Source: Patescibacteria group bacterium
GTDB taxonomy: Bacteria > Patescibacteriota > Patescibacteriia > JAQUQO01
DNA: 64,000 nt
Reading direction: 5' to 3'
NCBI GenBank assembly: GCA_028716045.1
Contig: JAQUQO010000001.1
Coordinates: forward strand, 384,942-448,941
Each line of letters begins with the position of its first letter. The stretch's first letter is position 1. This document shows, in pieces, positions 42,580-52,360 of the stretch. Under the pieces are notes generated by a model. The model saw only the letters and a program-made list of their open reading frames with translations, did not search any database and was not told the origin of the DNA. Both the position numbers and the translations under genes were made by a program.

Positions 42580-44457
42580 ATGATTAAAAAACCACCTCAA
42601 AATTGGGGAGAAATGACCAACATTGAGAAAGACATCTGGTGGCGCGATAACGTCTACCAGGAGGACATGCCCCAGCTCACACTGCGCGCCGCTTGTACGG
42701 GTGCCGTGGTGGGGGCCCTACTCTCGCTTGTCAACTTGTATATTGGAATCAAGACGGGGTTCGCCGTCGGAATGGGTGTAACCGCCGTGGTACTCGCCTT
42801 TTTGGCGTTCGGTATCCTATCCAAACTTGGCATTGCCAAACAAATTACCCTGCTGGAAAACAATATAGCGCAAAGCGCGGCTACTGCCGCCGGCTATATG
42901 ACAGGATTACTGACTGCCTCATTGCCAGCGTACATGCTGGTAACGGGCGTAGTGTTCCCGATATGGCAAGCTATTATCTGGGCCATTGCCCTCGCCATAT
43001 TGGGCGTGCTGTTTGCTTTTCCCTGGAAGAAACGGTTTATTAATTGGAATGACTATCCGTTTCCCGAAGGTACGGCGGCGGCTATTGTGATGGACGGATT
43101 GCACGGCGACAACGTAGGGGAAAAAATTAAGGCCAAAATCTTGGCGTACGGCGGCATTTTCGCAGCAATCTGGCAATTCATCATAAACGGAAAAATTGCG
43201 CTTATGATTAAAGACAAAGCTTACACCGCCGGAGAAAACCTCTTAAACTGGATACCAGCAATTAAAGGCGTTGAAGTACAAAAATGGTCGGTAAATATCG
43301 GCACTGATATGGCCATGATTGGGATAGGCGGTATCATTGGCATTCGTACTGCTATTTCGTGGGCTATAGGAGGACTGATTAGCTTCTTGATTTTGCCGCC
43401 TCTGCTGGTAAAGTACGGCGTGTTTACAACATTTGAAGAACTCAACTACCGCAGCATCATCGCCTGGACAATGTGGTTGGGTATAGCCATGATTACCTTG
43501 GCCTCGCTGTATCCCTTCATCACGAAACTCGATATGATAAAAAGCGCCTTCGCTGGTTTGCGACGCAAAGGAAAGAAAGAAGAAGATGTACTTAGGGAAA
43601 TTGAACTGCCTAAATTGGTGTTTTGGGTGGGAATTCCGCTAGTAAGCATCGTGGTGATTGCCTTGGGATATTTCTTTTTCGGCATTAGTATAGAAATGGG
43701 GGTAGGCGCGATATTGCTTATCGCGATTTTCACGCTTATAGCCGTGAATTCCACGGCTCTTACTTCCTTTACGCCAGTCGGGGCGTTGGCGAAACTATCC
43801 CAACTCTACGCAGCCTTGCTATCGCCCGGCAATGCTCCGGTTAACTTGGCCACCGGCAGTATCACTGCCGAGGTAACCAGTAATGCCAGCAACCTGCTTA
43901 TGAATATCAAGGCCGGCTTTATGCTTGGCGCCAAGCCACGTCTTCAGGCAATTGCCCATATTCTGGGAGCTATTTCCGGCGCCCTGGCTGCGACCACTCT
44001 CTTCTATTACCTTATCTTCAATCGCCTCGGAGGCGATGTTAGCCAGTTCGGCAGTAACACTATGCCTTTGCCAAGCGCTAAAATTTGGCAGGGTTTAGCC
44101 GTGGTGCTTAACCAAGGTCTGTCGGCCATTCCAATCTCGGCACGTTGGGCTATTTTGGCCGGCGCCTTGGTGGGCGTGGCACTGATGTGGATTGACGACC
44201 AATTTAAAGTCAAATACAAAAAACGCTTCCCTATTTGCCCGATTGGTCTTTCTCTCGGTTTTGTGGTGCCGTTTAACTATAGCGCTACTATTGCCCTGGG
44301 TGCCGTGCTGTTCTGGCTCGGTCAAAAGTTGGCTAAAAAGAAGACGGGTGGACTGCTTGACCGTTTCTTCAAACAGGACGAAGGCGGCGTGACGCTGGCC
44401 TCCGGACTCATTGCCGGAGCTGGTATTGCCGGCATCATTATCCTCTGTCTTGGATAA
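42580..44457 (+). CDS. OPT/YSL family oligopeptide transporter
   Basis: QLTLRA, NLYIGIKTG, LENNIAQS, FPEGTAAA, KAGFMLGAKPR, ASGLIAG. Confidence 0.92.
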   Translation: MIKKPPQNWGEMTNIEKDIWWRDNVYQEDMPQLTLRAACTGAVVGALLSLVNLYIGIKTGFAVGMGVTAVVLAFLAFGILSKLGIAKQITLLENNIAQSAATAAGYMTGLLTASLPAYMLVTGVVFPIWQAIIWAIALAILGVLFAFPWKKRFINWNDYPFPEGTAAAIVMDGLHGDNVGEKIKAKILAYGGIFAAIWQFIINGKIALMIKDKAYTAGENLLNWIPAIKGVEVQKWSVNIGTDMAMIGIGGIIGIRTAISWAIGGLISFLILPPLLVKYGVFTTFEELNYRSIIAWTMWLGIAMITLASLYPFITKLDMIKSAFAGLRRKGKKEEDVLREIELPKLVFWVGIPLVSIVVIALGYFFFGISIEMGVGAILLIAIFTLIAVNSTALTSFTPVGALAKLSQLYAALLSPGNAPVNLATGSITAEVTSNASNLLMNIKAGFMLGAKPRLQAIAHILGAISGALAATTLFYYLIFNRLGGDVSQFGSNTMPLPSAKIWQGLAVVLNQGLSAIPISARWAILAGALVGVALMWIDDQFKVKYKKRFPICPIGLSLGFVVPFNYSATIALGAVLFWLGQKLAKKKTGGLLDRFFKQDEGGVTLASGLIAGAGIAGIIILCLG

Positions 44458-44576
44458 CACTGCATCTCCAGACAAATTGGGGAAAAAATCTAGACCGCTC
44501 ACAACTCGTGAGTGGTTTTTTATTTTTATTTAGCGCTAAGTCGCCCAACCTCCTTTTTGCGATCTAAGTATACGAG

Positions 44577-45305
44577 TTATTTCCAATACCCTGTTTCTGG
44601 GTCAATCCCTCGAGGATCATCGCCATACATACTTGTCGCAACTACATAGTTAATATAGTTATCATAAGTTAATTCTGTAATTTTACTAGCTGCCACATAT
44701 ACACCCAATGCTAAATAAGTGGGTTCTGTATCTTTTAGAGTTTTTAGCTCTAATTCAAGTCTTTTAATTTCTTCTTCGTCAGTATTATTCAATCCCTGGT
44801 GAGCATCGTTAATAATTTGATTTGTCATCTCTTCCATTGAGGGTAATGAACTTCTGGCCATATTTTTTCTCTTTTCTAACGCCCCTTCTAATGAATCTAC
44901 AACTTGGATCCTCATTCTTCCTGAACCATGTCTAGAATCTAACATAAAAGGAACTAAATCATATCTATTTACGATGGTTTTTACTTCTTCCTCACTTAAT
45001 AATTTTGAGAATGATATGACTACAGATATTTTATCATTTGGATGATTATGAATAACATAACAAATCCGTCGGTCACTCTCTTCTAAAGCTTGTTCTAATA
45101 AATCTTCATCATCATGCAAGTCCGGAATAATTTCTGCCTTGGGGCATTCTAAGTAAATGCCAGTTTTAACTGATTCTTCTTTTTTACAAGTCACTACAAA
45201 AAATAGTGATAACAAAATTAAAATTAATACCAATATAATAAAAGCTAATTTTAAATTCTTTGTGAGCATATATTTAAAGAGTGAGAGATACATTAAATCG
45301 CCCAA
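44577..45305 (-). CDS. Hypothetical exported or lipoprotein-like protein (lower GC)
   Basis: 242-aa ORF, hydrophobic N-terminus ending VVTC; directly 3' of tRNA-Glu. Confidence 0.65.
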   Translation of the reverse strand: MGDLMYLSLFKYMLTKNLKLAFIILVLILILLSLFFVVTCKKEESVKTGIYLECPKAEIIPDLHDDEDLLEQALEESDRRICYVIHNHPNDKISVVISFSKLLSEEEVKTIVNRYDLVPFMLDSRHGSGRMRIQVVDSLEGALEKRKNMARSSLPSMEEMTNQIINDAHQGLNNTDEEEIKRLELELKTLKDTEPTYLALGVYVAASKITELTYDNYINYVVATSMYGDDPRGIDPETGYWK

Positions 45306-45348
45306 TCTCTTTATTGCGTCTGCGCAGTAATTTTAAAAAATTTGATAT

Positions 45349-45423
45349 TGGTACCGCCACGGGGAATTGAACCCCGATTACCAGGATGAGAACCTGGCGT
45401 CCTAACCGTTAGACGATGGCGGC
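45349..45423 (-). tRNA. tRNA-Glu (CTC)
   Basis: Cloverleaf, anticodon loop TTCTCAT, encoded CCA. Confidence 0.96.
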
Positions 45424-45505
45424 AAACGTATAAACATACTAACAAAAAAATAACCCGCTAGTCAAGGGGGTTATTTGTATATTTGTAATAAATTGGCAAC
45501 TAGTA

Positions 45506-46798
45506 TTACTTTTTCTCCCACGCTTCATCCTGCCTCACTAAAAGTTCTTTGGCGCGCAACGGTTCAGCCATCACTTCCTTGGTAACTTTTTCCATTCTCA
45601 TTCCCTGTGAACCCTTAATTAAAATCACATCCCCTTTTTCCATCAAATCCTGTAAATATCTTCCGGCCTCTTCGGCAAAATCAAAAGAAGCGACTTTTCC
45701 CTCCTCCATACCCATCTTTTTCGCCTCTTCGGCGATAAACCGAGCGCGTTCTCCGACGGTTATCAAAAAATCAAGATGATTTTCCGCCAACCTCCGACCA
45801 ACTGCTCTATGCCCCTCTTCCGTAAAATCTCCGAGCTCCAGCATATCGCCCAACACGGCGATTCTTTTGGCGCGCTCTCCGATATTCACGTCGCGCAGCG
45901 CGTCCAAAGCGGCTAACGTTGCCAAAGGAGAAGAATTATACGTATCGTCAATCAAGACGGTCTGCTTAATTCCGGAAATTATATTCATTCTCCCCGGAGG
46001 TGCTTTATAATTTTTCAGGGCTTCGGCTGTTTCAACCAGATTCATCCCGAAAGAAGTTCCGACAGCCATGGCGGCAATCGCGGAATAAATATGCTGCCGA
46101 CCCAAAACTCCCGACAAATAAACTGGCACGGTGCTGCCGGAAAAAGAAACTTTAAAACTCACACCTCCATCTATCACTCCGTTTTCATTCCTTAAATTTG
46201 ACGAAAATTCCAAAGCCTTAACGTCAGCTCCGTCCTCAAAACCGAAAGTCATGAAACGGCATTTCGCGGCCTTGCTCATATTAAGAACGTTCTTGTCATC
46301 ATAATTCAAAACAGCCGCTCCGTCAGCGGGTAAAGAGTTGATTAAAATCTGTTTTTCTTTGATAATCCCCTCTAAACTTCCAAAAAATTCCACGTGCACC
46401 GGCGCAATAGCCGTAACGACCCCAATATTCGGCCGAGCGATTTCCGTCAGATACTTTATATCTCCTTTTTTATCAGCGCCCATTTCCAAAACAAGCACGT
46501 CCGGATAATTTTTATTTCTCTTGATAAGCAATTTTTTTGCCGCCCAAAATATCCCCAGCCATTTGAAAAAGGATTTATTGCCCGAGGGCGCGCCGATTAT
46601 GGACAAAGGCAAACCAATTTCATTATTGTAATTTCCGGAACTGGCGCGCGTTCTGAATTTAGTTTTAAGGACGGCGAAAATAGCTTCCTTGGTGGAGCTT
46701 TTCCCCACCGAGCCCGTAATGCCAATAATTTTTGGCTGGTATTTTTTAATGATTCTTTTGGCAAAAAATCGCAGGCAATTCTCTAAAATTTTTTTCAT
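45506..46798 (-). CDS. murF: UDP-MurNAc-tripeptide--D-Ala-D-Ala ligase
   Basis: GITGSVGKSSTK, NNEIGLP, DDTYNSSP, LGDMLELG, KGSQGMRME. Confidence 0.95.
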   Translation of the reverse strand: MKKILENCLRFFAKRIIKKYQPKIIGITGSVGKSSTKEAIFAVLKTKFRTRASSGNYNNEIGLPLSIIGAPSGNKSFFKWLGIFWAAKKLLIKRNKNYPDVLVLEMGADKKGDIKYLTEIARPNIGVVTAIAPVHVEFFGSLEGIIKEKQILINSLPADGAAVLNYDDKNVLNMSKAAKCRFMTFGFEDGADVKALEFSSNLRNENGVIDGGVSFKVSFSGSTVPVYLSGVLGRQHIYSAIAAMAVGTSFGMNLVETAEALKNYKAPPGRMNIISGIKQTVLIDDTYNSSPLATLAALDALRDVNIGERAKRIAVLGDMLELGDFTEEGHRAVGRRLAENHLDFLITVGERARFIAEEAKKMGMEEGKVASFDFAEEAGRYLQDLMEKGDVILIKGSQGMRMEKVTKEVMAEPLRAKELLVRQDEAWEKK

Positions 46799-46806
46799 AA
46801 TTATTT

Positions 46807-48678
46807 TTATTCACTTTTCTCGTCCGGTGGTATCTGATAATATTTTAGCACAAAATCGGCAATTTCGCCAAATAACGGCGCCACGGAAGAATCGGCAAAG
46901 GGTACGGACTTGGGATCGTCCAAACGCACCGTCGCGACAAAACGCGGATTATCTACTGGTGCAAAACCGACAAAGGAATGGATGGTGCGGCTGCCATATT
47001 TGCCTGTTCCTTTCTCCGCTACCTGCGCCGTTCCGGTCTTTCCGGCAATATAATAACCCTTAACGCCCGCTCTTTTCGGATGGCCTTCGCGCACCACGGA
47101 GACAAGCATTCCGGATACCAGAGTGGCGGCGCGGGGTGAAATAACCTGCCGCAAAACCTGCGGTTTGGTTTCAATAACTTCGCCGCTCTTTCTGACAACT
47201 TTTTTAACTATGTAAGGAGACATTAATTTACCCTGATTGGCTATGGCGCCGTAAGCCACCGTCATTTGAAGAGGGGTGGCTGTAATGCCCTGCCCAAAAG
47301 AAGCGGTGGCCATGTAAATTTCGCTGTCCTTATTAAGCGAAGAGATATTGCTGGTGCTTTCTGTTTCCAGCTCAATACCGCTCAGAGCGCCAAAACCAAA
47401 ATCTTCCACGTATTTTTGAAAAAGTTTCGGACCGATTTGTCGGGCGACAAAAATCGCTCCAGTGTTGATGGAATTATTAAGCACCCCAATCATATCGCTT
47501 TGCCCATAAACCTTATCAGCGGCATTCTTAATCGTGTATTCGCCGATTTTTACAAACCCCTCGTCAACGTAAGTAGTACTCGGCACAACTTTTTCCTGGT
47601 CAATCGCCGCCGCCATGGTGATTGACTTAAAAATTGAACCCGGCTCATATTGTCCGAAAATCGCCTGATTATTAAAATAGTCTATATTTTTTACTTCCGA
47701 ATATTTATTAGGGTCAAAATCCGGGTAAGAACACATGGCAAGAATCGCTCCGGTGGCCGGGTCCATAATGACGACTGACCCGGAATCGGCCCCATGGCGC
47801 AAGGCGTATTCGTTTAATTTTGCGCAGGCGAAATATTCTATATTATGGTCAATAGTCAGGACAATATCATCGCCATCAACAGCCGGCGTAAATTCTTTCT
47901 CGGTTAAAGCAATCCACCGCCCGGCCGCGTCCCTTTCCGAGCGCAAAGAGCCCTGACTGCCGGATAATTCTTTGTTAAAATATCCCTCTATGCCGTAATG
48001 GCCGACTTTTTTCTCACCAGTTAAACTTAAAAAACCAATTACATGGCTGCCGATATTTTTCTCCGGATAATATCTCCAACTTTCTTTGGCAAATCTGATT
48101 CCCGGGGACTCAAGCTCTTCAACTTTTTTCTTTAACTCCTCGCTCACCATGCTTTTTATCGGTTCATAAGGGTCATCTGCCTTGGAAAGCTTGGCAACCA
48201 ATTCTTCTTTGATGTTGGCTAAAGCCACGACCCGTCGCGCCTCGGCCAACTTTTTTTCATCAGTGATGCTGTCCACGCTTTTGTTGTAAGCGTTCGGTCC
48301 GGATAAAAATTCATCATCATTATACAAAACTTCAATAAGCTGTTCCGCGGTTTGGTCCGGGTTAATAACATTTTTTGGTTCGGCGTAAACCAGATAAAAA
48401 TCTTTGTTGGTGGCCGCGGGAAAAAGCTCTTCCCGTCCCGCCCGCGTATCTTGGGTATAAATCTTGCCGCGCTCCGGAAATAATTTTTGATAAATCTCGT
48501 GCTGGCCAGAAGCTAAGGCGGAATAAAAACTATGCTGTAAAACCTGTAACTGAAATAATCTCAAAATCACAAAAACGGACACTAAAAAAATAGTCGCCAT
48601 AATTAAAATCAGGCGCCTATCTACGGATTCCGAAGAAATATGAAATCCGCTTCTTTTTTTACTAAAAGTTAAAATCAT
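46807..48678 (-). CDS. ftsI: Class B penicillin-binding protein (FtsI-like)
   Basis: RGKIY, RYYP, EPGSIFK, SIN, KTGTAQ. Confidence 0.9.
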   Translation of the reverse strand: MILTFSKKRSGFHISSESVDRRLILIMATIFLVSVFVILRLFQLQVLQHSFYSALASGQHEIYQKLFPERGKIYTQDTRAGREELFPAATNKDFYLVYAEPKNVINPDQTAEQLIEVLYNDDEFLSGPNAYNKSVDSITDEKKLAEARRVVALANIKEELVAKLSKADDPYEPIKSMVSEELKKKVEELESPGIRFAKESWRYYPEKNIGSHVIGFLSLTGEKKVGHYGIEGYFNKELSGSQGSLRSERDAAGRWIALTEKEFTPAVDGDDIVLTIDHNIEYFACAKLNEYALRHGADSGSVVIMDPATGAILAMCSYPDFDPNKYSEVKNIDYFNNQAIFGQYEPGSIFKSITMAAAIDQEKVVPSTTYVDEGFVKIGEYTIKNAADKVYGQSDMIGVLNNSINTGAIFVARQIGPKLFQKYVEDFGFGALSGIELETESTSNISSLNKDSEIYMATASFGQGITATPLQMTVAYGAIANQGKLMSPYIVKKVVRKSGEVIETKPQVLRQVISPRAATLVSGMLVSVVREGHPKRAGVKGYYIAGKTGTAQVAEKGTGKYGSRTIHSFVGFAPVDNPRFVATVRLDDPKSVPFADSSVAPLFGEIADFVLKYYQIPPDEKSE

Positions 48679-48698
48679 TCTAACTTTTAAATCTAGAA

Positions 48699-49028
48699 TT
48701 ATTCAAAACTACTGGCTTCCATTTCCTCCCATTCCCCTCTCGCTTCATTCCATTTATACGCCCGGAACTTATGGGAAAATTCGGAATCGGAATAAATATA
48801 TTTGACTGCCGTTTCTCCGCCGATTCTTTTGGAGCCGACGGTTTTTTTATCTAAGACAATCGGCCGGCTAAAACGCTCCAGCTTGATTTTCCCGAGCGGC
48901 CCGTTGAAAACTATAAATTCCACAAACCCCGGTCCACTTTCTTCTCCCAAATCCTCTTTTTTTGATTCCAAAACTTCAAATTCGTCTTTAACTCTGCCGA
49001 CTAAATTTTGCCATTTTTCATCTTGCAT
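48699..49028 (-). CDS. Conserved CPR hypothetical protein
   Basis: 109 aa; FNGPLGKIKLE..RP.VLD, YIYS; TATAAT 8 nt before the ATG. Confidence 0.72.
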   Translation of the reverse strand: MQDEKWQNLVGRVKDEFEVLESKKEDLGEESGPGFVEFIVFNGPLGKIKLERFSRPIVLDKKTVGSKRIGGETAVKYIYSDSEFSHKFRAYKWNEARGEWEEMEASSFE

Positions 49029-49100
49029 ACGAAATAATTATAGCAGAAATAAAGAGGAAAATCAAATTTAAAAAATAGGCGAGGCATCATCCTAAAAATT

Positions 49101-49128
49101 GTAGGCGAGAATTCGAATTCTCGCCTAC
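49101..49128. repeat. GTAG-type REP palindrome (family D)
   Basis: Perfect GTAGGCGAGAATTCGAATTCTCGCCTAC. Confidence 0.88.
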
Positions 49129-49140
49129 GCACAAGGGCCT

Positions 49141-49195
49141 GACCCGTCGGTCGCGACTGACGGGTCTTGACAAATTTTTAAATATATGGTATGGT
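49141..49195 (+). promoter_or_regulatory. Family C palindrome followed directly by a sigma70 promoter
   Basis: GACCCGTCGGTCGCGACTGACGGGTC then TTGACA-17-TATGGT. Confidence 0.75.
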
Positions 49196-49281
49196 AGAGC
49201 ATACTTGGTTTTTGTTCGTTTAGCTACCCCATAGACTTGTAAAAGACATAATCCTTAACCTTATTTAGAAAGGAAAATACT

Positions 49282-49452
49282 ATGGGGAAAAACAAAAAAA
49301 GAAAGCCTCAAAAAAGAGAAGGGTGGAAACCTCCTAAAAATTACTGGGAAAATTTAAAAAAAGAAGTGCTGAGAGATCGGCACGAGTTAGAAGAAGCGGA
49401 TAAACAGGCCGCAAAAGCAATTAGTGAGGCATGGAATCTACTAACCAAGTAA
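49282..49452 (+). CDS. 56-aa basic small protein (MGKNKKRKPQKREGWKPPKNYWENLKKEV...)
   Basis: AAAGGA SD, own promoter, terminator AAGCACCGA/TCGGTGCTT at 49464-49488; below the ORF track cutoff. Confidence 0.65.
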   Translation: MGKNKKRKPQKREGWKPPKNYWENLKKEVLRDRHELEEADKQAAKAISEAWNLLTK

Positions 49453-49587
49453 TCCAATCGCAAAAGCACCGACATAAATCGGTGCTTCTTTTATTATTTT
49501 TCGTAGGCGAGGTCGTCCTGGTTATTCAACGAGATAAACGCGACCTCGTCTATAATTTCGGAGAAAAGGCATGTCTTAAGTTTCATC

Positions 49588-49615
49588 GTAGGCGAGAATT
49601 CGAATTCTCGCCTAC
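49588..49615. repeat. GTAG-type REP palindrome (family D)
   Basis: Identical to 49101-49128; variant at 49503-49553. Confidence 0.88.
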
Positions 49616-49639
49616 TTAACCATAACGGCTTAAACGATT

Positions 49640-50908
49640 TTAACGTTCACCCTTAAGATACTTTCTCCCATTCAATTCCGGCGGCAGATAATCCTGAATA
49701 TCGCCTTTGTAATTATGCTCGGGATTATATTTGTAATCCTTGCCGTAGCCGATTTCTTTCATAAACTTAGTTGGGGCGTTGCGGAGGTGTAAGGGCACTC
49801 CGAGATGCGAAGTATTGCGCGCGTCCTCGGCGGCTTTACTATAAGCAGTGTAAAGCAAATTTGATTTGGACGACTTAGCGCAATAAACCACCGCCTGCGC
49901 CAGATGCACGCTGCATTCCGGCATACCGAGTTTATGGCAAGCGTCGTAAACGGCGTTGGCCTGAACCAAGGCCTCGCTATTAGCCATACCCACATCCTCA
50001 CTCGCGAAGCGCACCACCCGCCGCGCGATATAAAGCGGGTCAGCTCCGCCTTCCAGCATCCGCGCCAGCCAATAAAGAGCCGCGTCAGGGTCAGAACCTC
50101 TCATGGATTTATGGAGAGCGGAAATCAGATTATAAAATTCCTCTCCTTTTTTATCAAAAATCAAATGCGTCCTTTGCAGGGCTTCTTTAATATCTTCTTT
50201 TTCTATTTTAATATTCCCCTTGCCGCGGGATTTTGCCTTGAAAGCCAGCTCTAACCCATTTAAGGCCACGCGCGCGTCTCCGCCGGAAAGCTCGGCTAAA
50301 CATTCCAGCACTTCGGCGCTGATATTTATTTTATAATCGCCCAGTCCTTTTTCTTTATCGCTCAACGCCCTTTTTATAATTTTAATAATATCTTTATCCC
50401 CGAGCGGTTTTAAAATAAAAACCCGCGAACGCGACAAAAGCGCTCCGATAATTTCAAAAGAAGGATTTTCCGTGGTGGCGCCGATAAGTGTGATAACCCC
50501 CTTCTCCACGTACGGCAAAAGCGCATCCTGCTGGGCCTTGTTCCAGCGATGTATTTCATCAATAAATAAAATCGTTCTCCGACTGACTTCATTTAAATTC
50601 TTTTCCGCCCGCTTAACCGCCTCCTTTAAATCGTCCTTACCGCTCATCACTCCGGAGAGCACAATAAAATCGGAGTCAGTTTCTTTGGCAATGATATTGG
50701 CCAAAGTGGTTTTACCCACTCCGGGCGGGCCCCAAAAAATCAGCGAGGGCAAACTGTCTTTCTCAACCATCCGCCGCAACATTTTGCCTTTGCCAACGAT
50801 GTGCTCTTGGCCAAAAAATTCATCAAAATTCTCCGACCGCATCCGGTCGGCCAACGGGGCATTTTTGGACCTAACTTGCTCGCCTTGGTATTGGAATAAA
50901 TCGCTCAT
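49640..50908 (-). CDS. rarA: Replication-associated recombination protein A
   Basis: PLADRMR, WGPPGVGKTT, FIDEIHR, GATTENPSF, SALHKSMRGSD, VPLHLRNAPT. Confidence 0.96.
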   Translation of the reverse strand: MSDLFQYQGEQVRSKNAPLADRMRSENFDEFFGQEHIVGKGKMLRRMVEKDSLPSLIFWGPPGVGKTTLANIIAKETDSDFIVLSGVMSGKDDLKEAVKRAEKNLNEVSRRTILFIDEIHRWNKAQQDALLPYVEKGVITLIGATTENPSFEIIGALLSRSRVFILKPLGDKDIIKIIKRALSDKEKGLGDYKINISAEVLECLAELSGGDARVALNGLELAFKAKSRGKGNIKIEKEDIKEALQRTHLIFDKKGEEFYNLISALHKSMRGSDPDAALYWLARMLEGGADPLYIARRVVRFASEDVGMANSEALVQANAVYDACHKLGMPECSVHLAQAVVYCAKSSKSNLLYTAYSKAAEDARNTSHLGVPLHLRNAPTKFMKEIGYGKDYKYNPEHNYKGDIQDYLPPELNGRKYLKGER

Positions 50909-51043
50909 ATAAATAATGTTTAGCGTTTATATTTTACTACAAAATCCAAAGTCGGTCAAAATATAAAACTTGACTAAATTTAGCAAATGTTATAAAGTTT
51001 AAAATTGTTCTTTTCTACCAACCCCCCGACAAAAGGAGAGAAA

Positions 51044-51280
51044 ATGGGAGCTAATATTTGTGAATGCGGCAAACCCGCCAACGACAGTGTGTCTGAACAG
51101 GATAAAGATGGGCGCACCATAACTCTTTTCGGCTGTCCGTGCCAAAAAGTATGGGTCGTGACAGAATGCCATCATTGCGGAAGCGTAATAGACGAACGCG
51201 AAAAGCCGAAAAAATGTTCGTGTTGCGGACACTTTATTTGCCCGAAATGCGGCAGGTGTTCGCCAAACTGCGAACATTAA
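51044..51280 (+). CDS. Small Cys-rich zinc-finger protein
   Basis: CEC, CPC, CHHC, CSCC..CPKC..C..C; AAGGAG SD; TTGACT promoter at 50970. Confidence 0.72.
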   Translation: MGANICECGKPANDSVSEQDKDGRTITLFGCPCQKVWVVTECHHCGSVIDEREKPKKCSCCGHFICPKCGRCSPNCEH

Positions 51281-51381
51281 AATTCCCCCAAGAAAATACA
51301 GAGGCGCTGGGTCGCCTCTTTTTTATTGACTAAATATAAAAAATAATATAAACTTAAATCATTATTAATTATCAGTTATTT

Positions 51382-51454
51382 CGGGCTGTAGCGCAGTTGG
51401 TAGCGCGCATCGTTCGGGACGATGAGGCCGGAGGTTCAAGTCCTCTCAGCCCGA
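51382..51454 (+). tRNA. tRNA-Pro (CGG)
   Basis: Cloverleaf, anticodon loop TTCGGGA; no encoded CCA. Confidence 0.95.
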
Positions 51455-51502
51455 CTGGGTCAAAAGTTAACAAAATAAAATGTCCCGCTCTATTGGGGCG
51501 AT

Positions 51503-51564
51503 CGGAGGTTTCCGCCAAAGGCGGATCAGGTCGAATGACCTGACAAGTCCTCTCAGCCCGACCA
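51503..51564 (+). pseudogene. Duplicated tRNA-Pro 3' end with a 33-nt double-hairpin insertion in the T loop
   Basis: CGGAGGTT[TCCGCCAAAGGCGGA TCAGGTCGAATGACCTGA]CAAGTCCTCTCAGCCCGACCA. Confidence 0.85.
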
Positions 51565-51598
51565 TTCGACTTCGTTCTTTGAGAAAGGAGAAATTTAA

Positions 51599-52207
51599 AT
51601 GAATATCGAAAATCTTGTTCAAGGAAAGATAGAAAAATACGAGACAAAAAACGGGCTTGGCCATACGGCAAAAATTTTTTTAGCCCTTAGCTCCGTTAAC
51701 CATCCGGAGGTGAAGGAACATAATGAAAGAGTTGCCTTACTGGCCGAAGCGATAGCGGGGAAATTGAAAAAAGATAAAAAAGCGGCTTTTTTTGGCGGGC
51801 TTCTCCACGACGTAGGAAAAATATTATTCCCCTATAAATTATTTGACGGGCACGACATAACCGGAGAGGAATATGAAGAAATTAAAAAGCACGCCCTCGC
51901 CGGCTTCAATGCCCTCAAAAATTTTCACGCTTTTACCGCGCTCTGCGCCGGGCTCCACCATGCTCTTTATATGAGAGGTTATGGTCTAAAAATTGATGAC
52001 TTCCCGAAAAAGTGGGGGCTCCATACTATTAAAAAAGTTCTGGAAATTTCTGCTATTATTTCCGTGGCTGACTTTATTGACGCCGCCACCCACCGCCAGA
52101 CAATACTGAAAGACGCGCCGGGAGACAAATCTTGGGAAACAATTTTGCGAGAGAAATATCCGGAAGACCAACTCATTATAGATACGGCCCTATCTCTGAA
52201 CCGATGA
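51599..52207 (+). CDS. HD-domain phosphohydrolase (HD-GYP-like, GYP degenerate)
   Basis: H..RVA, LLHDVGK, IKKH, LHH..RGYG, ISVADFIDA. Confidence 0.85.
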   Translation: MNIENLVQGKIEKYETKNGLGHTAKIFLALSSVNHPEVKEHNERVALLAEAIAGKLKKDKKAAFFGGLLHDVGKILFPYKLFDGHDITGEEYEEIKKHALAGFNALKNFHAFTALCAGLHHALYMRGYGLKIDDFPKKWGLHTIKKVLEISAIISVADFIDAATHRQTILKDAPGDKSWETILREKYPEDQLIIDTALSLNR

Positions 52208-52360
52208 TAAAAATAACCGCCCCGAAACTCGGGACGGTTATTTATTTCTAAACGTTTGACACCTTTAAATAAAAATGATATCGTGTCATATTGTCCTAAT
52301 TTTTGGACAATTTTAATAATCTTTGGTCTTTTAAAAACTATAAATAAAGGAGAAACTGAA

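Noticed and set aside
45506-48678. ftsI-murF separated from mraZ-rsmH-ftsL, and dnaX from ybaB-recR
   Set aside because: Real, but operon fragmentation is common in CPR and gives no specific signal
49076-49615. CRISPR array from the 28-bp repeats
   Set aside because: Only two identical copies about 490 bp apart, fully palindromic, no regular spacers and no cas genes
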